From Podospora anserina (Eukaryota), in the NCBI GenBank assembly GCA_017654855.1, contig CM030337.1:4030001-4094000 (forward strand): a DNA stretch of 64,000 nt. The letters run 5' to 3'. The position numbers and the translations under genes are program-made. The first letter of the stretch is position 1; every line of letters begins with the position of its first letter. Positions 37,121-50,664 of the stretch are shown here, piece after piece. The notes beneath the pieces were generated by a model. The model was not told the origin of the DNA. It did no database searches and saw only the letters and a program-made list of their open reading frames with translations.

Positions 37121-38490
37121 TCAGCGCTTGAGATAAACCTCCAACAGTCCCAACGGTCCATTGTCAAAGACATTCCTAATCTCATACCGCGAATCAGCCT
37201 CCTTCAGCAACTGCTCAAACTCGGCCTTGGTCCTCTGCTTTCCACCACAGTTCACAATCATGACCGAGTCAACCTGTCTGACGACACGCTCTTGGTGACG
37301 GGGCCAGACACCAGGCTCGGGGATGATGATGTCGTTGATCAGCAAAGGGGTGTTTGGGCTGGAGTTTTCCAGGCCAGGAACGAAGCCCTTGAAGATCCTG
37401 ACGACGTCCTTGTCAGCCCAGTTGTGGGTGCACTGGCGGATCAAAAACGCGGCCGCGTCCTTGACTGGTTGCGGGTCGAAGAAGCTGTGCTTGGAGTAGG
37501 TCACTCTGTCGGCGAGCTCTGGCGAGAGGGATTCCTTGCCCTCGGCGAGCATGTCGGCGTTGCTGTCCTGCACGATGCACTTGATGTTGGGGTAGGCCTA
37601 TTCGAGGTCAGTGACTAGCAAGTCCGTCGCTAACTCTCACCAAGAAAACAAATACCTCAGCCAAGCTCTTGCTGATGTGGCCATTGCCTCCTCCACAGTC
37701 AACCACTGTGCCGTTGAGAGCACCCCAGTTGAAGCTGTCGTAGAGAAGGTAGTCCAGGTGTCGGTCCATCTTTCGGAGGCCAGCCATGGCTTTGGCAAAG
37801 CGTCGGGCTTTGGCGGGGTCGTTCTTGTAGAACTCAAAGATGCCAACGCCGTGGCGGGTCACGAAGGGGTTGAGGTTCTGGTGGCATTCGTATGGGTGAG
37901 CCTTGAAGGTGATGTTGCAGTCGGCGGCGGCCTTGAGCATCTCATCGAGGCTGTAGTGGACCACGGAGCGGAGTTCCTCATCTTGCTGCATGAGGAGGGA
38001 GGTGTTGCTGTGGGAGATGACCCTTGGTTGGTGCTCCTCAAAGATACGATAGGTCATCAGTTGGCGGATGATGCGCCCCGTGCGGTCCGCGTCGAGACCG
38101 GCCTTTTCGGCAAGCTCATCGATGGTGATGCTTCCATGCGCAGGGACGAGTTGGAAGAATTCAAAGTCCAGGGCAACCTCCCCATGTTAGACGTGGCCGC
38201 CGGAGATTCAGGGAGACACATACCTGAACGAGACCAAGATCATAGCCGGTGCAGCAGAACTCTCTCAGCCATTTCCGGGGACCGTCAATGAGGCGTTGTA
38301 GGTCCTCTAGACTGGTCTTGAGGCCGGCGTGGATCTCACGGTATTCTAAGGTGGCCGGAGGATCTTGAGATTCGAGTGAAAAGGTGGGAGCCACCAAGTT
38401 GTTTGCTTGGAGATATTTTGTGAGATCCTGTGTGAGGTTGAGGATGTTTTGGGCCAGGCCCAGGATAGATTCGGATCCTTGAGTAGCCAT
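37121..38490 (-). CDS. O-methyltransferase (fungal Methyltransf_2 family), 2 introns
   Basis: VVDCGGGNGH SAM motif, HSFFDPQP, LIRQCTHNWAD, GGKQRTKAEF; N-terminal dimerisation helices. Confidence 0.92.
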
Positions 38491-38881
38491 GACGATAGGG
38501 GTATGTATCGCAATTGGTAGCAGATAGTCTCACAGACGCCCGCGAGCAGTATGATTCTTTATGGCAATGTGCTGACTTTTGATGGCTTTGTTTTGGTCTT
38601 ATTCACGAGTATTGATATCTCGAAAGCATCACATGCTAGAGGCAACATCGCCCGATACGTCTCTCATGTCATGTATGCCCCTGCGCACAGTGCAACATCA
38701 AGTCTTCAGGGCCCTGCCGGCATGGTTCATGCAGGGCGGACCTCCCCCGCAGCGTGGCAAAGCCGGCATCGGGCATACCCGCCCGGGATTGTATCGCGGA
38801 GGCAGTATTCATCCGTGCTTATCAGTCCCTGGCTTATCAGGCTAAGGTGGTACGGTAGTGATGGATAAGGTACACGAAAGA

Positions 38882-38895
38882 GCTTCGGCCGATGC
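38882..38895. promoter_or_regulatory. GCTTCGGCCGATGC in the divergent OMT/PKS promoter (identical 14-mer at 33388-33401)
   Basis: Direct sequence comparison. Confidence 0.65.
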
Positions 38896-39243
38896 GACTA
38901 TCGCTTGGACCGACAGCAGACAGCCAATCCCAGATGCAGCTACAACCATCTACATCCTAAAGTAGCCTTGCCGAGGTAGTGACTAGATCGGACTGTACAT
39001 CAGCATACTGGAGATACAGTAGATAGCATCAAGAATGAGGCAATATCGGACTAGGATACGTGGACTGGCCACTGTGTTGAAGAAGTGATATCAAAACTGT
39101 CTTCCATCGCGACACTCCTCAAGAAATGGATCTTTAACAACATCACTCAACTGATATCTCAACGACAGACACATTCTACCTATCTAGGTATTCAACATTT
39201 ACGCAACCAACACAGTATTCGTTGTTGAGACCGAGCCATCACA

Positions 39244-42200
39244 ATGGCCTCCAATTCAGAACCCCAACGCGAGCAACATGAGCCAGTTGCCATTGTCGGC
39301 ATGGGTATGTCCAATGCCATTTCCTTCTACCCCTTCAAGCCACCCATAGAGAAAAGAAGGCCCTGCTAATCCTTCAACCAACGTATAGGATGCCGTTGGC
39401 CCGGCGGTAGCCACACTTCAGAACAGTTCTGGAACTTCCTCTGCAACAAGGTCGATGGCTGGAAAGAGTTTGACGACCCACGCTTCTCCTCCAAAGGCTT
39501 CCACCACCCAAACTCCGACCGCCCAGGAGGCTTTGCCATGAAGGGGGCGTTCCTGGGTCGGGATGATGCTAGGCTGTTTGATCACAGCTTCTTTGGGATG
39601 ACCCAACTAGAGGTGGAGACAATGGACCCTTCACAGAGAAAGCTGCTCGAGTGTGCTTATGAAGCCATTGAGAATGCTGGCGAGTCGCTCGAGAGTATAT
39701 CTGGGAAACAGACTGGTGTTTTTGTTGGCAACTTTTGCCTTGAGTAAGGATTTGACTTTTACCTTCCACGCTATAAGATACTAGACTGACCAGAATGAAG
39801 CCATTGGACACTGCAGTCACGAGACTGGGATAATCCGAGACCGTATGCCTTTGTGGGAGCAGGCACCAGCATTCTTGCCAACAGAATCAGTTACATCTTT
39901 AATCTCCAGGGACCAAGGTATGATCCACTGACCCACGCAATCTTGTGGTCTATTGCTAACATATTACTGCAACAGCTTGACCATTGACACAGCGTGTTCG
40001 AGCTCCATGTATGCCGTCCACTGTGCTGTCAACGCTATCCGTGCCGGAGATTGTGACTCTGCTATCGTGGCTGCAGGCAACTGGATAGCAGACCCTACGG
40101 TCCAGATAGCCCTCGATAAGCTCGGTGCTTTGTCTGCGTCGTCGAGATGCCACACCTTTGATGCCAGAGCCGAAGGCTATGCACGTGGAGAGGGGTGGGG
40201 AGCCATCTACCTGAAGAGACCCTCGACCGCTTTGGCGGATAACTCGCCTATCCGAGCTTTTATTCGAGGCAGTGCTGTCAACTCTAATGGGAGGACTGGT
40301 GGAATCACGAGGCCCAGTGCTCTCGGCCAAGAGACGGTGATTCGTGAAGCATATCGCAATGCTGGTGGCCTTCCGTTCAAGGACACCAGTTATTTCGAAT
40401 GCCATGGGACAGGCACTTATGTGGGAGATCCAATCGAAGTGTAAGGATGATCTTCCAAACCATGAACTGTGTTGGTTGTTAACAGAATATTGCAAAAACA
40501 GTGCGGCCGTGGGCAGGGTCTTTGCCTCGGTGCGAGAGCCAAAGGACCCACTCCTTGTCGGATCAGTCAAGAGCAACGTGGGACACGGGGAAGGTGCAAG
40601 TGCTCTGGCGTCCATCATGAAAGTGGTGCTGGCTCTGGAGCGTGGTGCGATTCCGCCCGTTTACGACCTCCAGACACGCAACCCCAACATCGACTTTGAC
40701 GCAGCCAATGTGCAGCCCGTCACGGAAGTTACACCGTGGCCCGAGGGAAAGATCCGACGTGCGTCTATCAACTCATTCGGATACGGTGGTGCCAATGCGC
40801 ATTGCATCATCGACCATGTCACCAACGTCTGGCCGGATTATGTCGCTCCTGGCGTTTTCAACAAGAGCAGGGCGGTGACCAACGGTCATACCAACGTCCA
40901 TGCCAATGGGCATACAAACGGATCGACAAACGGTCACACAAATGGCAATGGCAATGGCACGTCAAATGGCCATCAGAACGGTTCTGTTCAACACAGTCCC
41001 GTCGTCAAGATCAAGACGACTGCCGTGCCCGGGGCCAGCACTCGCCAATCTGTTCTGCTGCCTCTCTCAGCTCACAATGAACAATCCCTCAAGCTCAACA
41101 TCGAAGCCTTGGCCAAGGCTGTTGACCAGTTCCCCTTGGCAGATGTCGCATACACACTCAGTAACCGTCGGTCTAAATTCGCCCAGCGATCCTTTGCCAT
41201 TGTGGACAAGGACAATGTCGCCAACGACCTTCTCAGTGTAATCGACAAGAAGCCGACCAGAGCTCCGCTGCATACCGCCAGTCTTGGATTCATCTTCACT
41301 GGACAGGGTGCTCAGTGGCATGCTATGGGGTCGGGCCTTTTCCAGTACCGCATTTTCCAAAACACCATCCAGCATCTTGACCATGTCCTCGGCACGCTCT
41401 CCAACGCCCCTGCGTGGTCGTTGTACGACATTCTCTCTGGAAACTGCGATCCCTCCTTGATCCAAACCGCCGAGGTCTCGCAAGCTGCCTGCACGGCTGT
41501 TCAAGTCGCCCTTGTCGACCTTCTTGCTTCCTGGTCTATCCGTCCTTCAGGTGTGGCTGGGCACTCATCTGGAGAGATCGCTGCTGCCTATGCTTCTGGT
41601 CGGATCACTGCTGCCGAGGCCATAGTCGCTGCTTATCTCCGTGGCCAGGCTGTCTCCAGAAACAAGCAAACAGGTGCCATGTTGGCTGTCGGGCTTGGAT
41701 TCGATGACGTTGTCAAATACCTCGACGGCAAAGAGGACGAGGTCAAGGTGGCTGCCATCAACTCCCCTGGTAGCGTGACCCTATCCGGAGAGGAGCCCAC
41801 TGTCGACAGCATTTCGGCGGCCATGACAGCGGATAGTGTGTTTAACCGGAAGCTCAAGACCGGTGGCAATGCCTATCACTCACACCACATGATCCCCATC
41901 GGCCGTGAGTATGTCGAGCTCTTGACCGAGGGGACCGAGCACCTTCGTAAACTTGGCCTGGCCTCGTCCAATGATGCCGCCCGCTACCAGCCCACACTCT
42001 GGGTCTCCTCCGTAACTCCCGCGAAGAGCACATCCGGTCTCGGCAGTGATGATCTCGCTTCCTACTGGAGAGCCAACCTCGAGTCCCCAGTTCGTTTCTC
42101 AGAAGCGGTGGCAGGTCTGGTGCAGAACGCCGACGGGGTTCGTATCCACGCTCTTGTCGAGATTGGACCTCATCCTGCGCTCAAAAGCCCTCTTGAGCAG

Positions 42201-45200
42201 ATCCTGAAGGCAGCGGGTGTCAAGAATGTTGCGTATGCTGGGTCGACACTGAAGCGAGGAGAAGGCGCTCAGACATCGATGCTGCAACTTGCTGGCTCGC
42301 TCTTCGCTTTGAACAGTGAAGTGAACATTGCGGCCGTGAACGCGGTTGAATCTTCCCACGATGGGAAGGGAGATCTGGAGCATGGCGTTACATGTGTTGA
42401 CCTACCACCGTACCGGTATACCTACGGTGGTCTCAACTACCACGAGAGTCGGGCAAGCAAGGAGTATCGCTACCGATCTATTCTCCGACACGATCTTCTG
42501 GGATCCAAGATTGCGGGCAATGCCAAACTTCGACCACAGTGGCGAAACATTCTTCGTCTCAAGGACGTTCCCTGGCTCGGTGACCACAGGCTCTTGCCTG
42601 ATGCTGTTCTGCCTGGTGCAGGGTATCTGGCCATGGCCATCGAGGCTATTGCCCGTATTCACAACGAGCTACCTCCCAATCCCCCCATCGAAGGCTTTGT
42701 GCTCGCCGACGTATCCATCAAGAAGAGTTTGGTCATTCCAGAAGACGATTACGGCGTTGAAGTCTTGACCAGCTTGGAACTTGTTGACGCGCAGACACCA
42801 GCGTGGGCCACCTTTTCCATCAGCTCCGTGGGCAGAGAAAGCGAAGAGTGGATGGAACACTGCACTGGTAGAATCAAGGTCGCTCTTGAGGGCTCAGATG
42901 ACTCCGTGGAGAAGACTGCTGTTGCGCCCACCACCCAAAGGGCTCTTGATGGGCGGGTTTGGTATGAGAAGTTTGCTGAAATTGGTCTCGGTTACGGAGA
43001 GACCTTTCAGCCAATCTCTCATATCCGCAGTGATCCCACATTCAACGTCGCAGTGGCAACCCTCAACTTGCGGTCCACAGCCGGGCTTATCAAGGGTGGG
43101 GAGTCGGCCTATCCCTTGCACCCTGCTTCCCTTGATGGTGCCATTCAGCTGGGTCTGATCGCCTGCCACGCCGGCCGTTCTGAGGACGCCACCACGGCAT
43201 TCGTGCCGGTCCAGCTTCCCCGGCTCTATTTGTCGAACAATATCAATGACTTGGCCGGAGACAAGTGCACCGTCGTCGCCCATGGCGAAAAGCGTGGTAT
43301 TCGTGGTGCCCATCTTGACTTGCAGTTGCTCGGGCCTAATGGTGAAGTGATGCTTGATGCCGAGGGTCTTCGGTGCATCAGCTATTCCAGTGCAGCCAAG
43401 ACCACCGAGGACAGAACCTTTAGCAGCCCCTTCACTCGGCTGGTATGGAGGCCTGACATCCGCACTCTGCGCAATGGTCGTGCTCGCGAGATGTACCCTC
43501 CCCCAAGGGATAACGTCAAGAAGGCACCATCGTGGGGTATCACCAACAAACTAGCCCACTTTGTCGTTTACAGCATGTACATGATGTACGGCACGCTCCC
43601 TGAGGATGACATGCCTAAGCCCTCAGGGGATGTTGGTCATTTCTTCGACTGGATCAAGCGAAAGGGACAAAACGACAACTCTGAACTCATGCAAGAAGCT
43701 CGGGAATATGCCAAGCAAGGTCTTCTTCTCAACAAGATCGATGAGCTTGTCAGCGAGGCCCCGGATGTCATTGAAGTTCAGGCTGCCAAGTTGCTCCATG
43801 ACAGCATGGCCGACATTCTCTTTGAGCGCAGGACCGGTATTGATGTGCTCATCAGTGAAGGTCTCCTGACCCCATTGTACAAGGAGGGTCTCCTCATGAC
43901 GGGTATCTATCCTCAACTTCACAATGTTCTCGCTGGTGTTGCTCATAGCAACAGCCATCTGCGTGTTTTGGAGATTGGTGGAGGTACAGGTGGCGCCACC
44001 CGGATTGCCATGAAGGCCTTCAATGGACCGAATGGTATCAAGTCTTACAAGGACTACACCTTCACCGACATCTCGGCCGGATTCTTGTCCGGAGCCCGCG
44101 AATCCATGGCCGACTTGCGGGATGTCAACTTTTCCGTGTTTGACATTGAGGTTGACCCTGTTGAGCAAGGATATGTTGAGAAGAGTTATGATCTTATCAT
44201 CGCCTGTCAGGTGCTTCACGCCACCTCCAACATGAAGAGGACTTTGACCAACTGCCGAAGGCTTCTCAAGCCTGGTGGACAACTCGTTCTTGTTGAGACG
44301 ACGGAGAACTTTATCGTTCCAGGTGTGGTGGTCGGTACCTTTACGGGCTACTGGAGCGGTATCCCTGACGGTCGAGTGGATGCGCCTTTCCAAAGCCTTG
44401 CATCTTGGGACAGGACTCTCAAGGAAGCTGGGTTCCAGGGGCTAGATGTTGTCTTGGACGACTTCCCCGAGCCTCACAACACAACGTCCGTCATTCTCTC
44501 TACTGTACCACCAGAGGAGTTTCCTGTCTCTGGAGAGGGCACTGTTCATGTTCTTCATTCGGGCAGCGAGGCACCTGCACTTCTTCAACACCTTGCTCAG
44601 GAGTTCCAAGGCCGCGGCATTACTGTCAAGCCCGGCACCTTTGACGGCATAGGCGAGCTTCCCTCAGAGTCTCGCGTGGTGGCCCTCTTCGACGATGGGC
44701 ATCTCCTTCTCAACGCAAGCGAGGAGGACTTCAGCAGGTTTCAGAAACTGGTCAGGCAGTCGTCAAGTCTGGTGGCGATCACGAGCTCTGGAGTAGCCAA
44801 GGGGCTGAATCCAGATGCTGCTGTCATTCCGGGACTGCTCCGTGTGCTCCAGAACGAAAATCCCGGGGCTCAGTACATGTCTGTTGACATTGCGGCCGAC
44901 AATTTCACCATCGAAGCGGCCGAGGACCAGCAACACTTTGCCAAGTGCATCGCCGACTACGAGTCTGAGCTTTATGGCGCTACTCGGTCTCCGCCGCTGG
45001 ACGACCTCGAAGGCACCCCCAAGGATCGTGAGCTTTCCTGGCAAGACGGTTACTTTTCCGTCTGCCGTCATGTCCCTGATACAGGGTTCCACTCCCAGCA
45101 TGGCCTGGATAGCAAGAAGTTCAAACCTGATACCATGCCTCTGGGCAGCCAGGGTGCGGTGAAGGCGACATTTGAGACTCCTGGTGTGATCAACTCATTG

Positions 45201-47396
45201 TGCTTCGAGCCATACAAGGAGATTCTTCAGCCTCTCCCAGCTGGCTTCATTGATGTTGCTGTTGCAGCTGTCGGTCTCAATGCTCGAGACCTCGACACCT
45301 GGACGGGTCGTTTGGACAGCGATCACTTTTCTTCAGAGTACTCGGGCGTCATCACTGCAGTCGGTGCCAACGTTGACGGCCTGAACGTCGGCGATCGTGT
45401 GTGTGGTTTGGGCAAAGGCCAGTTCGGAACTGCCACCCGCGTACCGGCTGCCTTTGCAAGCAAGGTTGAAGATGGAGATGATCTCGTTCAGATGGCGTCC
45501 TTGCCGCTGTCTTCTGTGACAGCGGTCTATGTGCTGGATCACGTTGCTCATATTCGCAAAGGCCGGTCGATTTTGGTTCAGTCTGGTGCAAAAGATGTCG
45601 GACTTGCACTCATCTCTCTTGCCAAGGCTAAGGGCGCTCATGTCTTCGCTACTGCAGAGACCAAAGAAGAAGCCAGGTTCATTGTTGAGAAATGCGGCTT
45701 GCTCGAGTCTCATGTCTTGGCTGGAGCCACAAGCCTGGCTGCTCTTCAACATGCGGCTCAGCTGACAGCTAGAGGAAAGTTCGACGTCATCGTCAGCACT
45801 GCATCGAGAGGCCATTACCTGGATTCGTATCTGCAGGTCTTGTCGTCAGTAGGTCATTTGGTGGAGCTGGATCCTCAGGCTGTCGACTCGACACAGTCTA
45901 CCAGCATCAAAGCTTCCTATAGCTCACTCGACATCTTTTCTGCCGTCGAGTCGGACCCAGAGCTTGGCCAGGAGCTCATGCAGGCTGCCAATGAGTACTA
46001 TCGTCAAGGCATCGTCACTCTTCCTCCCAATGTGACGACCACCGATATCTCTCAACTCTCGACTGTCATTGGCGGTTTCAACAACCTCATTGGCAAGCTG
46101 GTGGTGAGATTTGACAACCCAAGCAGTTTGGTGCGAATGATTCCCGCTGCACCAGCTGTCACATTTGATCCTGATGCTGCCTACGTCATCACTGGCGCTC
46201 TCGGAGGTCTTGGTCAGTCTCTTGTTCGCTGGATGGGTGACAGAGGTGCCCGGCATCTGGTTCTTCTTTCTCGTCGTGATATCTCGACTGTGCCTGATGC
46301 TCAAAAACTGGTCAACACTCTCGCCAAGCGCGACATCCACGTCGAGTCTTTTGTGTGCGATGTGAGCAGCAAGGAGCAGGTCGACACTGTGATTCAACAA
46401 ATCTCGGCTGAACGTCCCATCAAAGGTGTTGTTCACGCGGCGGTCTCCTATCTGGACCTCACCTTTGACAAGCTCTCGGCATCAAGATGGAATGACGGTC
46501 TCTCAGCCAAGGTCCAAGGAACCAAGAATCTCCATGAGGCCACCTTGCCCATGCCGCTCGACTTCTTCGTCATGACCACCTCGGCCTTGTCTGTTTTTGC
46601 GTTTGCCACACAGGGTTCCTATACCGCTGCCAACAACTTCCAAGACGCATTTTCCCGGTATCGACGCAACCTCGGTCTCCCTGCCTCGACGGCCTCTTTC
46701 AGCTTGATCAAAGAGGTCACAGAAGTCGGCACCAGCGACCTCACGGTAGACCTCTTTGAGCGCAACAAGACCCTCACCTTGACAGAGTCGCAGTTCCTGA
46801 CCATGTTTGAGCCAACATTCCTCAACAACACGACACACACAACTGCTGGAGCGGCGGCCTGGTCTGGCAAGGACGATGATCCGTTGTCGGCAGCCAACTT
46901 GCACACCTACCTGGACCCAGCAGCCTTGATGACCAAGAAGCGACAAGACACCTCATCCTCCCAGGCAACACCAAAGTGGTACACCGACGCCCGCATCTCC
47001 CTTATGATGCGCGCCTTCCTTGATGCCCAACATCACGAGTCAGCCAACTCCGGCGCGGCTCTTGATACAGAAGGATCAAAGAACACGCCTGCCTCAATTA
47101 GAAGGAACTTTGAGGCGGCGGTTGCCGGCGGTGACAAGGCTTCCACAGTGGAGTTTGTAGAGGACGCGATTACTCGCGTGGTGGCGGACATGTTGTTTGT
47201 TGACATGGAGGGTATTGACCCGGCCAAGTCGGTGGCGGACTTGGGAGTGGATAGTCTGATTGCGGCGGAGTTGAGGAATTGGTTTTTGCAGGCGTTGGGG
47301 ACTAGTATTAGTATGCTTGATTTGTTGGATCCGAGTGTAAGCATTAGTTCGAGGGCGGAGGGGATTACTGAGAAGGCGATTGAGGTGAAGGGGTGA
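39244..47396 (+). CDS. Iterative reducing type I PKS, KS-AT-DH-cMT-ER(degenerate)-KR-ACP; introns 39305-39388, 39744-39800, 39918-39975, 40441-40501
   Basis: KS DTACSSS / ECHGTGT / NVGHGEG; AT GHSSG, AYHSHHM; DH HRLLPDAVLP, HPASLD; cMT LEIGGGTGG; KR GALGGLG, YTAAN; ACP GVDSL; no TE/R domain. Confidence 0.96.
40878..40985 (+). repeat. Low-complexity NGH(T) repeats in the PKS KS-AT linker
   Basis: TNGHTNVHANGHTNGSTNGHTNGNGNGTSNGHQNG. Confidence 0.8.
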
Positions 47397-47586
47397 AGGG
47401 GATGAGTTTGGGGATGGCGTTTTGGGGTGATACAGGGTTGGGGCGTTTGGTCTGTGATTTACCTTGAGGCGTTAATCCTTTTAGCATGATTGAATGATTA
47501 GATTGATACATGTTTTCACCAGGTGCTTGATTCTTCTATGCCACACACCTAGGTACCTATAGAGCATTCTGCCATGCTTTTAACTG

Positions 47587-50320
47587 CTACTTCTGATTCG
47601 ACACCCTGCAATCTCCCCAATTCCATGTTACTGATTCACTTGCAACCATGCCAACTATCTTCCTATCCGCTGTGTTTTGGGCTGACATGTCCTGCGTCAG
47701 GATCATCAACCCGTCAATTCTGGAACCGCGCTTAGAGCTCAGAGGGACCCTCAAGAGAATTCTTTTTCGCCACGCGACTTCGAGGCGCATTTTCCGATCC
47801 TTCATCACGCAAAGCTGTTGCTGGCTGAATTTATTGTTCACCCGGGTGCCATCTTCACACCATTTCAAGGTTTCATTCGCCAGTTCCAAGGCCCTGGCGG
47901 TTCGGCCATCCAGGTCGAGATAATAGACGAGATGGTCGGCCGCCAGAGGCATCTCGGGATGGTCAAGGCCCAGAACATCCACACCTGTCTGTAAAACATG
48001 GTGCAGAAGATCGAGTCCTTCTTCTCTCGTGTCCGGCCCTTCCATCAGGCTACTGGCCAGGTTACTCTGGCACTCCAAAACGAGTAAATCTTTGTTCCTG
48101 ACCTGCTTCTCGGTTTCTTGGCAAACCTCGCGCCATAACAATATTGCCCCGGCCAGGTTTCCCGTTTCCCGCAGGATGTATGCTAGACTTGCCTTGTACT
48201 GCAGTGTATCCGTGTGATGCCTGCCAAGTACACGTTCACTCCTCTCGACCACGTCCGTCTGCATGACCACTGATCGATCTCTTTCGCAGGTGGTTGCTAG
48301 TGCTGTGGCAAGGTGACTTTGGCTGCGCATGGTATTCGGGTGGTCCTGTCCCAGAATATCCATACGCACTCTGAGCAAGTTCTCACCCAACTCAACCCCG
48401 TCGCGTACGTTTAGTTTTCGTACTCCAAGCAGCCATACTAGCAAATCCATGGTAGACATTGTTTCCACATGACCCTCACCAAAGTGTTCTTTTTCCAGTG
48501 TCAAGCACTGTTGAAAGCAAGCTGTCCCTTCGTTGTAACCACCATTTACGACGTGATAGTATCCAACGTGGTAAAGAAGCCGGGATTGTTCAATATCAAT
48601 CTCTCTCTGTAAGCCAGCAGAGCTGCTCGTACACTTGTAGTTGAGAATAAGATCTACATGTGGCAAGAGTGATTGACTCAGTGTCCACCAATCGGCATTA
48701 CAAACCTCCAGCCCTTTGGGAAAGCGCCGCTTAATTGAACGAAGAGCCGCGAATGCCCAGTTGTTCTCTTCATCAAGGCCGTCTGTTTTGAGCCACCACC
48801 TCGTGGCAATCTGGACCAAACGATGGGTGCTCAGGGTCTGCCTCGGTGGGTTGCCGTGAATATTAACCAAAGAATAAGCGCGTAGAATAACCAACGCCTC
48901 CCTGGCATCATCTTCCGTGATTGTCTCTGCTTTCAGGCTGCCTTGATTATCACGGTAGTCGTAGTCAACATCCTGTACAAGTAAAACAGGAATGCTCTGA
49001 TTTTGAAAGAAGCTCACAAGATAGAGCAATTTGGGGGCATGCGGATTTTGGACAGCCCTGAACGAGATAGACCAGGCTTTGGCGACTGACACAAGAGACT
49101 CCTCCTGACGACCGTGATCTGTGAAGTCAAATGACAGGAGCTTGAGCTGCGTAGTATTGCTGCCGTGATATTCCTCTAGATACTCGCCGATGGTTATCTC
49201 ACGCGTCGAAATATATACCAGCGCTTGGGTCAGTGCCAAGGGAATGTGCTCTAACGCTTCGACCAGCTTTCTTATCACCTCATCATCCTGTGGGAGCCCT
49301 TCTTCCATTCGTGTTTTGACCAGTTTTGGGATTTTGATGAAGGCTCTCGGACTCGAATTGGTCACCCGCCTTGCAATGTCTTGTGATCTTATTGTTGAAG
49401 AGCAACCTGCCGCGAGGCTTTCGCGGAATGCAACCCCATAGTGTCTTGTCACTGGAGACGTGGTCCTGGAAGAGGCTCTTTGGGTCGTCGACATTGTCAA
49501 TGACCATGATCCAGGGGTTTGTATTGGTATTGTAGCCAGTCATGCACAATCATGACTTTGTCGCTGGTCGAGTCGCTCCGTTCAGTCAAACCGCAGTGGT
49601 TTGCAATGAGAGTGAATGACTCCTGGAGCCTGGTCGCTGTGGCGGCGTGGATCCAGAATACCGAAAGCTTTCCCCGCGCCCTGCAACAGTATTCCAACGC
49701 AATTTGGGATTTCCCGATACCCCCAAGACCACAAAGGGCAGCTTTGGGTTGGCTGCCCTCTTTGCCAGTGAACGCTTGGTCGAGGTTTTCAACGATGGAA
49801 TCTCTACCGACGAACAATGGATTTCGATCAAATGGAACGAGCCTGAAGGGATTTGACTTGTTGTCATCGGGTGACGATTTCGACTCCCCAGAACCAATGA
49901 GCCAGACGACATGATGAAACTCCAGAACGTTGATGTGTTGTTTGATTGCAGATTCAAGAGTGTCGATCTTTTTGTCGAGGACCAAGCTCACAAATGCCTT
50001 CATTTTCAGCCATCTGGAATCGGCGACCGACGGGAGAGCTCCAGCAATGCACTCAGCTCATCAGCTGCCTGAGAACACTCCTTGATGACAAGAACGAGAC
50101 TAGCTGCCTTGGGAGGTTAAAAAACACCAGCGATGGCCCGGTCCTTGATTTTATCCAGTCCGCTCACAATGAGCGGGAGCTTCGTCTTGACATGACGGAA
50201 TGCTCGCGGGATTTCATCGAGGGTGCCATGGAAGTCAGAGAGGCCTTTTATTGTTTTGGAACCCACTTCGATGAACTGGACAATCGCAGCTGCCAGGCCG
50301 ACGGCTGTCACTGGATCCAT
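47587..50320 (-). pseudogene. Disrupted fungal NLR: SesA/HeLo-like N-terminal domain, NB-ARC, TPR repeats
   Basis: MDPVTAVGLAAAIVQF start; in-frame TAA 50119-50117; frameshifts near 50037, 49515, 49396; Walker A GLGGIGKS, Walker B WIMVIDNVDD, IPLALTQA, HRLVQ; LGxDHPxT-type TPRs. Confidence 0.85.
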
Positions 50321-50664
50321 GTGTGGCAATGAAAAGATGATGACTGGAAGTTGAGTGTAGCTGCCAGGCCGAACGGACCCCCCCTTTATCTGGAGGGGAT
50401 TTCTAACACAAAACCTCCTCCAGTCAGATATATTGACACTGATTACGTACCCTGCCTTCCTGTAGAACCTTCGCTTCGGACCGTGACACTCTTCGCCTTC
50501 CATAGGAACCTAGTAATATTTCGGTGCCACAGAAAAGGTCCTTCCTTGTGGCAAGTTGTAGGTCTTTAATTATACATGTATTCTTGTTACTTTGCGCTTT
50601 ATAATCAGTGTCTATTACCTAAATGACTTATTTCCAAACATGCCTTACCGCTCGCATGGTCAAT

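Noticed and set aside
40878..40985. N/G/H-rich repeat as a possible amyloid or prion motif
   Set aside because: Such low-complexity linkers are common after the KS domain of fungal PKSs; no HET-s-like two-repeat pattern.
43623..44393. 256-aa minus-strand ORF and similar ORFs inside the PKS
   Set aside because: Antisense shadows of a well-supported CDS.
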